IMG/VR virus record: IMGVR_UViG_3300020045_001341
Coordinates: 1 to 44,843 of that record
Source of the DNA: a virus
Lineage: Duplodnaviria; Caudoviricetes
DNA length: 44,843 nucleotides
Strand: one strand, 5' to 3'
Within the stretch, counting starts at the first letter, position 1, and each line of letters opens with the position of its first letter. The notes beneath the pieces are model-generated. The model searched no databases. It was not told the DNA's origin and saw only the letters and a list, made by a program, of their open reading frames with translations. A program made the position numbers and the translations under genes. Shown here piece after piece: positions 27,440 through 37,944 of the stretch.

Positions 27440-29924
27440 TTTCTCTTCCTCTCACAGAGTACTCAATATTATGCAATGCTCCAACTCCCCCAATCTTAAA
27501 TTGAATTGAGTAACCTTTGTTTCTTTCATTAGGAATGCCAATAGTATTTACACCATCCTTAAGTTTAATATTGAATAGAACAATATTAGTATCTATAATA
27601 ACGCTTATGGAAGCATTACCACTAATGCATATTCTTATTTTATCATACTCTTTAAGATTACTAATTGCACTCTCAGTTATTAATCCAGTAGTAATACTAT
27701 AGTATCTATCACCACCTACTTGAAATGGAATTATATTTAAGTTACTAGCGGCATCTACACCATGCAATCTACCATTAAATAATCCAAGCCCAAGCATGTT
27801 AGATGTCATCTCCGTAAATACACCACTAAGTAAGTCTAGTCTTAAAATATAACTATTTTAAACCTGTAAAAAGTATGTATTACCTACAACAGCAGAACTA
27901 ATTATTTCTGAGTCTGTAACTGACTTATATGCAGAATTATCTACACTAAGTGTATTAAGAAGTCCTAGTTTTGCATAACTAACTAAATCGACTGAGCCTC
28001 CATTACTCATACAAATGCCTTCAACACTAGCGAAAATACAATTACCTTGCCAGTTCTGAATGCTTCTAAAATCAACACAGCCTTGAGAGCTACTAAGTAA
28101 CCTATGTGTGAAAGGTTCACTTTCTGTCCCCAGTAATGCAAATGTTTCTGTAAGACTAAATATAATCAAACCATTACTACTTGTACCTATGCCCGTTATA
28201 GGTGAGTCCATGTTAAGCCAACTATTTCCTAACCAAGTTAAAGGTTTACCTACTTCAGACCATCTTACTGTTAAATATTGGGTATAATCATTCTTTACAG
28301 TAGTTGTCTCTGATAAGTCTTTTGTTGCAGCAAATAATCTACCTGTATAAGATGTTAAGAATAATATATCGTCTGGAACAGTCGTTAGTGTTGCCACTGG
28401 TATTATACCGCCTAGCTCTGAGATTTGTTTAGTGTCCACAAAAGTAGTTGGAAGACTAGATATAGGGAAACTTTTCACAAGTAAAAATGATGTTTGACCT
28501 CCATAAATACTTGTATTCATTCTATACACGTTAACTGCAGTTATTGTTGGGTCTAAATTAACAGGCAAAGGTATTGTAACCTCTATTGAACCATTGTTTG
28601 TATTAATGGGTGTAGAATAGTCCCCAGCTGCTGTCTCTTGCCCAAATGTATCTAGATATGTTAATGTATACTGAAAACTTCCATTTATACCTCTATCTAG
28701 TATTTTAGTGAAGTCCATAGACACTGAAGAACTTCTTAAACCACTTGTACTAGATACATAGAAAAACTCTTGATATAGACTCCCCAAGTATGTTGTAGGT
28801 TCAGTTTTACGATATATTATTGGCATTGATGTATCTGCTTTTGCAGCTACTATATCTTCTAATGCAATTACAGATTGGTAATAATAACTAAAACTAATTC
28901 TATACATAAAGTATCTAACTGTTGTAAATCCATAGTTTTGATAAAAGTCAAAAGTAAACACATACTTTCCATTTACTAACTCTTTACCAACATAATCAAC
29001 TGAAGCAAAGAGGTAGTTATTATTTAAACCTCTAAATAAATATGTTGCTCCCACATTTGGACCAACTCCAGTAGAAAAGTTAAATTCGTCAATAAAATGT
29101 GGTTCCTCTATATCTGACCATTCATAAGACCCTTTATGGTTTAAACTTCCATAAGCTATAGTCCATAACCTACCATTACCATTACCGTCTGCCCTAAACA
29201 ATGTTCCATACCATGCATCTCCTGCTGGTACCGCCGGAACTCTAGGTGATATGTAGGTAAATTTTGCATCTATTATCTCTGGATAGTTTACATTTGTACC
29301 GCCAATTTCAACAAAATCTAGTATTGGGTTACCATCTGTAAGCCTATAGTAGTTTGAACTATACTTTCTATAAAGTTCTAGAGTACTATAACTTTTATCT
29401 ATGCTAGAAGGTAAAATACTAAATTGTTTTCCAGCCTCTGTACACTCAAATGTAATCTCACATACTCTTTCCGTATCTACCCCCCTATCTAACACTGCTA
29501 TATAGTTATATGTAGCTATTTCCGATGTACCTCTAAGACCAGTATTTGTAAAAACCATGGTTGCTGAAAGATTCTCAACACTTACTGTAGAACTAACTGG
29601 GTCAAGTCCAAATGTATTCCACTCTAGGTTTCCTTTTACATCTTTAGTACCTGCTGTATATTGAGGTTTCTCTCCATTACAACGAAATAAATAATTTAGT
29701 GACTTAGCATACTTAAGGTACTCTCCGGACCCAGATACAATGTCATCTTTATACTCTATAAATACTGGGTTTACTCCACTTTTATAAAGTATAGGCCGGG
29801 CCAGTGATACCACTGACCCGGAAGAAATTTCTCCATCTACTACAGATGTTAATTCATTTAAGTCTAACTTCCTTGCATCTTTATGCCTATTTATCCCTCC
29901 AGTAAAGAGGTTAATCTCTGCCAT
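27432..29924 (-). CDS. Tail nozzle/stabilisation-like protein interrupted by an in-frame TAA at 27860-27858
   Basis: FTGGIN N-terminus and beta-propeller-type YTGRLF, WSEVG.P..W, GCVD..SI motifs. The track's 688 aa and 125 aa ORFs share one frame, separated by a single stop. Confidence 0.7.
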
Positions 29925-29933
29925 TTAAATCTC

Positions 29934-31397
29934 CTATACTCTTGGAGTGGGATAATTATACCGCCAATCAATATAAACTTCACCATTTGCACCAGTCTCA
30001 ATCTGACCTGTAGCCTCGGTGTGAATAATCATACTATACAAGAATTTAATCTCTGGACTAGGTAAACCATCAAGTTTTAATAAAGTTAATTCAGACTCTA
30101 GTTGGGCTCTAGCAGCATCTCTACTTGCATAAAGTTTCTGCCCAACAATTTTTACATATGGAAATTCTACATCTCCTCCATATGCAATATGCATAATAAT
30201 ATACCCAGTTCCAATGGGAGCCAAACTCCAAGTTCCTCCAGTATCCAAGTTATATCGTGTAGTTCCAGCTACTTGATAACCAAGTTTGGTGTTCTGTACG
30301 ATACTAGATGTCCACTGCCCGCCTAATCCTTCTCTATACCAGAATGGAGTACTTGCAAAAGATGCTACTAAACAGGAAATGTCTTCATCATAGAACAAAC
30401 CTGCATCTATAGTAGAGTAGTCAGTTGCATTATCCACTAATCCATTAATACTAGAGCCACTAATCCATCTAGTGCCAAAGGCATTATGTAGATAATCATG
30501 TGTTGTCCCATCCATGTCATTACCATGTCTTTCATCTCTAAACACAATCTTCTTACTATCGTTTGTATTACATGTAACAGCTGCTACTAGGGCATACTTT
30601 TTATACAAACCATCAATAGGAGGAGTTCCCCAAGATAGTACACCAAGAGTACTAAAGTAGAAAACTGTAACACCAGCTGTAGGTACTGGAACAGATACAG
30701 CTTGTGCACTAGTATAAATGTACTTTATTCCTCCTACCCAAATATGAAACTCTCCACTGGCTCCAGGCCTAATTACTAGTGTTCTATCTGCAAGAGGAGT
30801 TACACCATCCCCAAATAATGTCTGTCCAGTCAGACGACTCCATACACTAGTCTCACTTATTCTATCTATTGTTTGAGTAACTGCACTAACGCAGCATTCT
30901 ATGATACCCATATATTGAGGATATCGTCTATCAAACCCATTAGGTTCATAAGTAGCGCTTAATCTAGTGTTAATAGACTCTATACCAGCTGTGTTTACTG
31001 CAATCTGCCCCAGGGCAGATGTTAGAAGGTCCTCAGTCCAAACTGTGTGTTGATTAGTTAACCTATTATATGTACGAGTATATCTATCCGATGTAGACGT
31101 GTTTGTATACTCATGCAATTCTTGGTTAACTAGATATATACTAATCTTCAATAAGCCTAAACCTGAGTCAGGAGTTAGTGTGTTTACCTCATACAATCCA
31201 GGAACATGCAAGGTATCTACTTGGATACCTTTCTTATCTACAATAGTAAGCTGAGTTTCAATAACCTCAATCTTATCGACGTCTGGCTGTAGTACTTCAA
31301 ATTTATCATCAATCCTTTCAAATGCAGAGTCAAACTTATCTGATACTGTATCACCATCTTGGCCATTTACTATTCTTGTCCATCCACTTGTTGCCAT
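29934..31397 (-). CDS. Virion structural/tail protein
   Basis: 487 aa, beta-rich, MAT start, late arm. Confidence 0.55.
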   Translation of the reverse strand: MATSGWTRIVNGQDGDTVSDKFDSAFERIDDKFEVLQPDVDKIEVIETQLTIVDKKGIQVDTLHVPGLYEVNTLTPDSGLGLLKISIYLVNQELHEYTNTSTSDRYTRTYNRLTNQHTVWTEDLLTSALGQIAVNTAGIESINTRLSATYEPNGFDRRYPQYMGIIECCVSAVTQTIDRISETSVWSRLTGQTLFGDGVTPLADRTLVIRPGASGEFHIWVGGIKYIYTSAQAVSVPVPTAGVTVFYFSTLGVLSWGTPPIDGLYKKYALVAAVTCNTNDSKKIVFRDERHGNDMDGTTHDYLHNAFGTRWISGSSINGLVDNATDYSTIDAGLFYDEDISCLVASFASTPFWYREGLGGQWTSSIVQNTKLGYQVAGTTRYNLDTGGTWSLAPIGTGYIIMHIAYGGDVEFPYVKIVGQKLYASRDAARAQLESELTLLKLDGLPSPEIKFLYSMIIHTEATGQIETGANGEVYIDWRYNYPTPRV

Positions 31398-31855
31398 TAT
31401 ACTACCTCCATATATGTTTTGCCATTAGTTGTTGTATAAAACTTCTGTGGCTGATTAACTTCTACTTTAGCCTCGGTATGAAGCCAGATATCGCCACCGA
31501 AGTTCTCAAGTATTACCTTTTTAACACTAGGTAATTTATCTTTATTTCTGAGCAAAATCTCAAATGCTTTTTTTACATCCATGCGAGGAATACTATCCCC
31601 ACATAACCCTTTCGTGTGCCCACTTGTTGGTGAACCTCCAACTATTTTGTTTAGTCTTGGATTACGATACCCACTACTCATATTGAGTGGTACACCTAGA
31701 ACAGCTCTTATCTCTTCGTGAGCACATGCTGTATATTTGAGTTGTTTCTGATATGCCATAGCATCTACTCTATTTTGAGGAACTAACTCAGGATGTCTTT
31801 TGCTATCCGTTAACTCATAAAAACTAAAATGCTCTGTTATTTTAAAATCTTCCAT
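31397..31855 (-). CDS. Endolysin, peptidase M15 family
   Basis: HFSFYEL..S, SSGYR...LN..VGG..TSGH..G...D, WLH. Confidence 0.9.
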   Translation of the reverse strand: MEDFKITEHFSFYELTDSKRHPELVPQNRVDAMAYQKQLKYTACAHEEIRAVLGVPLNMSSGYRNPRLNKIVGGSPTSGHTKGLCGDSIPRMDVKKAFEILLRNKDKLPSVKKVILENFGGDIWLHTEAKVEVNQPQKFYTTTNGKTYMEVV

Positions 31856-31968
31856 TACCTAATAATCCTTTCCATTAATATTACAAATCCTAAAAGTACA
31901 CATGTAAATACAAGTGCAGTTAGCCCAGTAAACACTGGACTATTGATAAATAACTGCTCGTTAAACAT
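31855..31968 (-). CDS. Small single-TM protein (37 aa)
   Basis: AAGGAG RBS; MFNEQLFINSPVFTGLTALVFTCVLLGFVILMERIIR; TAATG overlap with endolysin. Confidence 0.6.
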   Translation of the reverse strand: MFNEQLFINSPVFTGLTALVFTCVLLGFVILMERIIR

Positions 31969-31977
31969 AGTAACTCC

Positions 31978-32112
31978 TTAACAACAATGACTATAAACTA
32001 GGATAAATACTGCTATTGTAAGTAATATACCTAGAAATAGTTTTTCATTCTCTAACCTTCTCTTAGGACATTTAGACTTTTCAAAACCATGCCAACATCT
32101 TTCAACTTTCAT
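31978..32112 (-). CDS. Small single-TM protein (44 aa)
   Basis: MKVERCWHG...KLFLGILLTIAVFILVYSHCC; overlaps the holin stop. Confidence 0.5.
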   Translation of the reverse strand: MKVERCWHGFEKSKCPKRRLENEKLFLGILLTIAVFILVYSHCC

Positions 32113-32452
32113 CTAGTTTCTTTCCTGTTAATTTTTCTATAATCATAGTGGCAAATCTACTCTCCACTATGCCTAAGATTGTAAAGGCACTTACTCCACT
32201 AAATGCTATAATTGCATCTCTGTAGTAAACCTCTAGTGGAATTAATGAACCTATAACATATCCTACAAATGCACCTAATATAGTATTAATTACCAAGGCT
32301 TTATTTGACCATCTATGCTCTTCATTTACTTTACTCATACGAGTATAGTCATATAAATAGGCTACTACTCCACCACTACCTGCTAAAAGGATTTCTTTAC
32401 CTGCTTTAGCAATATTAACAATTAAATCTATTGTGTCATTTCTTACCATCAC
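32102..32452 (-). CDS. Putative holin
   Basis: 116 aa, three hydrophobic segments, charged C-terminus, near the endolysin. Confidence 0.7.
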   Translation of the reverse strand: MMVRNDTIDLIVNIAKAGKEILLAGSGGVVAYLYDYTRMSKVNEEHRWSNKALVINTILGAFVGYVIGSLIPLEVYYRDAIIAFSGVSAFTILGIVESRFATMIIEKLTGKKLDES

Positions 32453-33164
32453 AAGTCCTTCTATTTGCTTTTTCTACTAGTATATTTTCGTGAACTGCAA
32501 ATAAAAGATTTATAATAATACTTAAAAAGCCTATCCCATATAAAATAGCTCTAAAGTGTGAGTACCTAGCCCAGAGTTCATCTTCTTGAACTCCTTGCGC
32601 TAGTAATACTTGGTTAGGTTTTAATATGCCCCCACGTTGAAGGCCATCAAATCCTATACGCTCACTTGGTAAAACCATCCACTCTAAGTATTCTCGTGCA
32701 TTATCAAATTGCCACCAATTAAGATGTTCTATGTTAGAGTCATAGCCAGTGTACATAACTGCCATAACCTCTTCACATCTATCTGGGTCTTTATGTAGTT
32801 TACATTCACTTTCTTTAGTCATGTATTTGCCCCCCTCAACAAAACAATCTAATGAAGGGTCAAACACAAACTCTAAGGTTCTAAGGTTAAATGCAAACAT
32901 ATCACCAGTTGTTGTAACTCTCATTTCTCTTGCACAAGTCTTTAATGCCTTTTCTATATCAGCATTAGTTATCTTTGTATTATACACTGGACTGTCTGCA
33001 CTTTTTAACAGTAAATCATTCACACAAGTCTTTGCTTGATTTAGATTAAACTTAGCTGTAATGCGTGCTGAATGTTGTAAGTAATGCTTCCAACTAACAT
33101 CAATGGCTATTGTGCAAAGCATTATTAGAATAATTACAGCAACTCTTGTACTTGAATAGTTCAT
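32436..33164 (-). CDS. Two-TM membrane protein with a large extracytoplasmic domain
   Basis: TM at residues ~8-24 and ~205-224 flanking a Cys-containing ~180 aa domain. Confidence 0.7.
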   Translation of the reverse strand: MNYSSTRVAVIILIMLCTIAIDVSWKHYLQHSARITAKFNLNQAKTCVNDLLLKSADSPVYNTKITNADIEKALKTCAREMRVTTTGDMFAFNLRTLEFVFDPSLDCFVEGGKYMTKESECKLHKDPDRCEEVMAVMYTGYDSNIEHLNWWQFDNAREYLEWMVLPSERIGFDGLQRGGILKPNQVLLAQGVQEDELWARYSHFRAILYGIGFLSIIINLLFAVHENILVEKANRRTCDGKK

Positions 33165-33215
33165 ATTACCACCTACAATAAAAATAAAATTTGTCTAACT
33201 TATGAATGGAGCACA

Positions 33216-33398
33216 CTACTTTTTTCCTTCTTTGATGTTTTCCACTTCATCCGTAACTTCATAAACAACATATTTTGCATCTTGGTAGATAACCTTCGCA
33301 TCTACATACGCTTGTTTGATGTCACTGTACACTACACTACAGCCACTAAATAAAAGTGACAATAGAAACAAAATTACGATAGAGGTCAACTTCTTCAC
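33216..33398 (-). CDS. Small lipoprotein (possible spanin component)
   Basis: Signal peptide with lipobox LFSGC; GTG start. Confidence 0.65.
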   Translation of the reverse strand: MKKLTSIVILFLLSLLFSGCSVVYSDIKQAYVDAKVIYQDAKYVVYEVTDEVENIKEGKK

Positions 33399-33753
33399 GT
33401 TTATGTCCTTTCCAAACAGTCCATCCTGCGCTTCGTACAGCCCAGTACATTACATATCGTCTGATATAACCTACCTTGTCTGCTTTCATTGCATCTAAAA
33501 AGAGTTGGTCACATATAGCTCTATCAAACACCTCACCAGCATATAAAGCATCGTGTAGACACCCAGCTCTTTGGTATCCTCCAGTCATAGGACTTCCTAT
33601 TACTGACCATAGAGGCTTCGGTATAGAAGCCCCATCAAAGTCAAACTTAGGGTGAACTGTAATCTCCACTATATTATCATTATATATTAGAGGTTCAGTC
33701 AAAGCATAAGCTTGGTCGCCTATTACTTTTAGGCATAGTTCCGTCTTAAACAT
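33346..33753 (-). CDS. DUF1353 family protein
   Basis: FDFDGASIP..LW, AGCLHDALY, D.LFL.AM, Y.AVR..G. Confidence 0.85.
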   Translation of the reverse strand: MFKTELCLKVIGDQAYALTEPLIYNDNIVEITVHPKFDFDGASIPKPLWSVIGSPMTGGYQRAGCLHDALYAGEVFDRAICDQLFLDAMKADKVGYIRRYVMYWAVRSAGWTVWKGHKREEVDLYRNFVSIVTFI

Positions 33754-34249
33754 ACTTAGGTAGCTCAGCCACAAGCTCTTCTATTGTAGGCATTGTTCTA
33801 GTGCCAGCAAGTACATCAGTTTGTACTTTGTTAGCATACGTCCATACAGCTCCAATCCATAAGCTAATTGCCTTACACTCTGTGTAGAATGGGTTCTCAG
33901 CTACTAGATATTTAGCGATAGAGTTCTCATTATCATAACCAAGGTCTATACATGTAGAATTAATGGTTGACTGTACTGCCTGCTCAGCTGCTTTTGCTGC
34001 GACTTGCATTAACTCCTCTTGTGGTATAGCTACTACTTCATATACCTTAACCACCTTGTTAGCTTGTAGGTCATAGCTTATCCCATTAACACGATGGGTT
34101 GAGCTATTATATGTTGGAGCATTATCTTCTAATGGATACCAACCCCTATCTAGGTATGTACTTAAAGATGACTTAACACCTAAACCTGTATTCTTTTGGT
34201 CAACACCATACTTCTGTATAGCACCATCTTTAACTAAACAATATTGCAT
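33746..34249 (-). CDS. Tail fibre assembly/chaperone-like protein
   Basis: GWYPL, LGYD...SI..Y, W...VW, PTIEELVAELP; follows the fibre gene. Confidence 0.6.
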   Translation of the reverse strand: MQYCLVKDGAIQKYGVDQKNTGLGVKSSLSTYLDRGWYPLEDNAPTYNSSTHRVNGISYDLQANKVVKVYEVVAIPQEELMQVAAKAAEQAVQSTINSTCIDLGYDNENSIAKYLVAENPFYTECKAISLWIGAVWTYANKVQTDVLAGTRTMPTIEELVAELPKYV

Positions 34250-34266
34250 TTATTCTCCTTTATTTT

Positions 34267-36402
34267 TTATCCTAGTACATCTGAGCCACTTGTAACAGCT
34301 CCTACAACGCTGAAGTCGCCACCAGTTCCTAAGTTCTTACCTAGATTTGTACTATCATCAAATGGTAAGTAGATTAATGGATTAGGTATAACTCCTGCGT
34401 CTATTTGAGCTTTTAGGTCTTTTGGATAGCCCAAGCCATCGACAAATTTAAGTCTGTTTACTTCTTGTGAGAAGTCTATGTAGTCTGTGGTGAAGTACAT
34501 ACAAGATAAATCTCCCTGCCACCATTGCCTTACTATTGATGTCATTTCCTCAGCACCAATATATATTGCGTTAAGACTATTAAAATTTAAGGAATCGTTG
34601 GTTAGTGTCGGTGAGGTATTTGCTTTGACGACACCATTGATACACAATGTAATTGTTGAAGTTTCAAGATTGATAGATAACAAAATAGTTGCCCAATTTG
34701 TTATAGCTGGCATTGAATTCACCCATGACTCATTTAATATTATAGTACCTATGGAATTACTGCCTATAATATCAATATTTGGGATAGTATTTGCACCACT
34801 AAGCACTCTAAAGTTATTAGGTGTAAGCCCTGTACTTTGTAGTGATATTATCGTATCAGTGTTACTGCCATCCATATATGCACAGCACATAAAAGTTATT
34901 GTTTTAGATGCAGATAATCCCACTAAATTGGTAGATTTTAAATATCCACTTGTCCCATCACCACTCATACTCCTAGCCCAAAACTCACTCCCACCTCTAG
35001 CACCTACATAAGGAGCTGAATTAGCCGTAAAGTCACCACCAGTTCCATAGTTCTTACCAGCGTTACTTGCATCAAGTGGCATAGCTATCAATGGGGTTAT
35101 GCCCGTTTCTGCTATGACTTGACGGACTGGTTTAGGTCTGTTTGTGTCAGCATCCCAAAATGGGTCACCTACGCTTAACTCAGTATACTTTGTATCAAAA
35201 TAAAACTCACTTATTACCTCAGCCGCAAAACCATTAGCAGTTATTGCACAACCAATAAAATGTCTTGGTGTAACAGTATTAAAGTATATTATATCATTAG
35301 TATATGTTGTCCATGTTGGAACAATAGCAGTACCATTTATTTTTATTACTCGTTTATTAGTATCTAATAAATCAAATGATATGGCAATTAATGTACTTTT
35401 CCCTGTTATAACATACCCACTTGGAGTAGTAACATCTAAAATAATAGTACCTACAGTATTCCAAAAAGTAAATTTTACTGAGCCGTTTGAATTAATAATA
35501 CATCTTGCAGTATATGTTGTGCTGTTTCCAAAAGCTATTGTGGTACGTTGTACCAAAGTAGCCTTTGGTGTATATACAAAAGATAATGTAACTTGTTTAC
35601 TATTAGCAATACCAGTCAGTACTGTTGGTTTACTCAAAAAATCCGTAGCCCCATCAAAGTAACTAGCCACACAGTTATCCTGATTAGCTCCTCTACTTGC
35701 TGTATCAAGCGTACCGTTCTGTACGAAATTACCTCCAGTACCCTCGTTGATGTGAGCTGTTGAAGCATCTTTCATTGGTAGATATAGGATAGGGTTAAGT
35801 GCTTTGAGTGTGGCTGTTGGCTTACCATCAGCACTGTAAAACAGCCTGCGGTTAGCTTCGATGCTTAGGTCACGGTAGGTGTAGTCTAGGTAGAGGTTGG
35901 ATAGTCTGCCTTTACCGTCAGGAGTAGTATCCTCTGCCCCCACATATATAGCATCTGCTTGGGAAAAATCTATAAGAACATTAGAGTATGTTGTCCAAGT
36001 TGCAGATATAGAAATATCATTTACATAAAAATGTCTTTTGTTAGTGTCTGCCAAATCACAAGATGCAATTAAAGAAGTCCATGTGTTTAATGGAAGAATG
36101 CCCCCTGACACACTTAATACAACATTGCTATTTAAATCTTCTGCAATTATTTGTGGAACTTCGCCACCAAATACACTAAAGCGTCTTGCGGTTGTTCCCC
36201 CATTTCCAATATTAAATATCCGTATAAAAGTAGATGCTCTATACACCCAACAACTAAAAGTAAAAGTCTTACTATCCACATTCCCCACTAAGTCACTGCT
36301 TCTACTTAAATAATCCGTTACTCCATCAAACTCAGTACCCTCGGGAGCTACTAATGAACTCCCACTACTCCCTGCCAGGGCAGATAAAGCTAAATTATTC
36401 AT
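34267..36402 (-). CDS. Receptor-binding protein with three tandem ConA/LamG-like domains
   Basis: Three repeats each start (F/G)DG..xYL/FL and end P(L/I)(L/I)..P......N.GTGG.F; TFSCWV and IYVGA cores. Confidence 0.75.
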   Translation of the reverse strand: MNNLALSALAGSSGSSLVAPEGTEFDGVTDYLSRSSDLVGNVDSKTFTFSCWVYRASTFIRIFNIGNGGTTARRFSVFGGEVPQIIAEDLNSNVVLSVSGGILPLNTWTSLIASCDLADTNKRHFYVNDISISATWTTYSNVLIDFSQADAIYVGAEDTTPDGKGRLSNLYLDYTYRDLSIEANRRLFYSADGKPTATLKALNPILYLPMKDASTAHINEGTGGNFVQNGTLDTASRGANQDNCVASYFDGATDFLSKPTVLTGIANSKQVTLSFVYTPKATLVQRTTIAFGNSTTYTARCIINSNGSVKFTFWNTVGTIILDVTTPSGYVITGKSTLIAISFDLLDTNKRVIKINGTAIVPTWTTYTNDIIYFNTVTPRHFIGCAITANGFAAEVISEFYFDTKYTELSVGDPFWDADTNRPKPVRQVIAETGITPLIAMPLDASNAGKNYGTGGDFTANSAPYVGARGGSEFWARSMSGDGTSGYLKSTNLVGLSASKTITFMCCAYMDGSNTDTIISLQSTGLTPNNFRVLSGANTIPNIDIIGSNSIGTIILNESWVNSMPAITNWATILLSINLETSTITLCINGVVKANTSPTLTNDSLNFNSLNAIYIGAEEMTSIVRQWWQGDLSCMYFTTDYIDFSQEVNRLKFVDGLGYPKDLKAQIDAGVIPNPLIYLPFDDSTNLGKNLGTGGDFSVVGAVTSGSDVLG

Positions 36403-37088
36403 TATGCTACTACCCCAATGTCTTTGCCTATAACAAATATTCCATATGTGTTTGTGGCATCTTTAATAACTAATACTCTATCTACCCCAGTTTCAGTGTA
36501 TGGAGGCTCAGCTTTAGTTGCAAAGATTGTGCCTACTGGATAGGTAAATGTATACGCACCAGCATTAACAAAATCCACAATCATAGAAGCTACTTTACCA
36601 CTTGGGAAGTTACTAAATGCTAATGTAATATCTCCTGTAACAGTAACTTGCTGCATATCCCCCAAGGAGTAATCTAGTGGATGAGTACCTGCACCAATTA
36701 CTACACTATTGGCTTGAGTATAACTAGAACCTTTAAGAAGTGCACCTGTAACTATTTGTGCTGTAACTGTACCTGTAAAGGTAGGACTAGCTATTGGAGC
36801 TTTTAAATCTAAGGCATCTTCAACTGATGGAGATACAGGAATATCAAACCCGTTTAGGCTTAAATTACCCCCAAGCTCAGGAGTTGTGTCCTCAACTATT
36901 GCTTGAAGTCCTCCAGATGCACCAGGTGTACCACTTTGTAAAGGCAAGTCTAGATAGTTATTAATACCATTACCAATTCTAAATGTATTGTTTGTTTTAT
37001 CAAAAACTAACTGCCCATCTGGAATAACTGGGTTGGAAGAAGTCCAATTTGCTTCAGTATCTCTTCTCTGTCTTACTATAGTTGCCAT
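36402..37088 (-). CDS. Tail fibre protein with Mtd/hyaluronidase-type N-terminal domain
   Basis: RRDTEANWTSSNPVIPDGQ..FDKT...FRIGNG...Y.DLP; KAPIASPTFTG motif. Confidence 0.75.
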   Translation of the reverse strand: MATIVRQRRDTEANWTSSNPVIPDGQLVFDKTNNTFRIGNGINNYLDLPLQSGTPGASGGLQAIVEDTTPELGGNLSLNGFDIPVSPSVEDALDLKAPIASPTFTGTVTAQIVTGALLKGSSYTQANSVVIGAGTHPLDYSLGDMQQVTVTGDITLAFSNFPSGKVASMIVDFVNAGAYTFTYPVGTIFATKAEPPYTETGVDRVLVIKDATNTYGIFVIGKDIGVVA

Positions 37089-37726
37089 TATATACCTCCG
37101 GAGTCTATATCAATATCGGATGGGGAATAGTTTGTGGTAGCTACGCCACCATCAAAGTCTATAATATCATCACCTTTTTCACCTTGAGGACCTTGAATTG
37201 GCCCAACATTTGTCCAAGTAAGGCCATTCCATAAAGCACCTTCACCTTTTAAGTAAGGGGCTTCATCCACGGTAACTATCCACAGCTCAGGTACCTCAAC
37301 AGGCACATACCCCTGGATATAGGTCCAGGTATTAGCTCCTGTTATAGCTACTCCAGCGGCATCTGCACCATTCTCGCCTTGTGGGCCTGGAACACCTTGT
37401 AAGCCTCTTGGGCCTTGAGCACCTTGTGGGCCAGTAAGTCCAGTAGCTCCTTGAACACCTGGGTTACCTTCAGGACCTACTATGCCTTGAATACCTTGTG
37501 GGCCTTGAGGACCTACTGGGCCTTGTGGTCCTGGAATACCTACCCTAGACTCTAAATCATCTAGTTTTTCTGTAACAGTTTGAGTAGGATTGTAAGGTAT
37601 TACACCTGCATGAATGCCTTGTAGTTCGTAAGTTTTACCCTTTCTAACCTGGGTAACTTTATCTAAACTAAATACTAAGTCCTCTGCAGCTCCAGCAACT
37701 TTTTGTATTTCTATGCTATTTGCCAT
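37088..37726 (-). CDS. Collagen-like fibre protein
   Basis: About 19 consecutive G-X-Y triplets (~37370-37540) plus [12 protein letters not shown]. Confidence 0.85.
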   Translation of the reverse strand: MANSIEIQKVAGAAEDLVFSLDKVTQVRKGKTYELQGIHAGVIPYNPTQTVTEKLDDLESRVGIPGPQGPVGPQGPQGIQGIVGPEGNPGVQGATGLTGPQGAQGPRGLQGVPGPQGENGADAAGVAITGANTWTYIQGYVPVEVPELWIVTVDEAPYLKGEGALWNGLTWTNVGPIQGPQGEKGDDIIDFDGGVATTNYSPSDIDIDSGGI

Positions 37727-37728
37727 TG

Positions 37729-37944
37729 TTAGGCTCCTTGAAGGTTAAACAACTCGTCTAGAGCTGCCTTAACACTTACAACTGTACCATCCAACTTTCT
37801 ATATGGGATTGACTCTGCATTAATTTTAGAGATGGTTACAAATTCACCATCTCTAATTTGTTGCGTAGTATCAAAACCAAATAAAAGGTCTTCAGTACCT
37901 ATTCTATCTTTTACAAAGATGAACTCGTCTGTATACTCAGTCAT
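37729..37944 (-). CDS. Small virion protein, paralogous to the collagen-fibre N-terminus
   Basis: EDLLFG....Q.R.G......INA.SIPY motif. Confidence 0.7.
   Translation of the reverse strand: MTEYTDEFIFVKDRIGTEDLLFGFDTTQQIRDGEFVTISKINAESIPYRKLDGTVVSVKAALDELFNLQGA

Noticed and set aside
36402-37088. Diversity-generating retroelement suggested by the Mtd-like N-terminus
   Set aside because: Only the generic N-terminal fibre domain matches; no reverse transcriptase, Avd or adenine-specific TR/VR pair was seen in the window.
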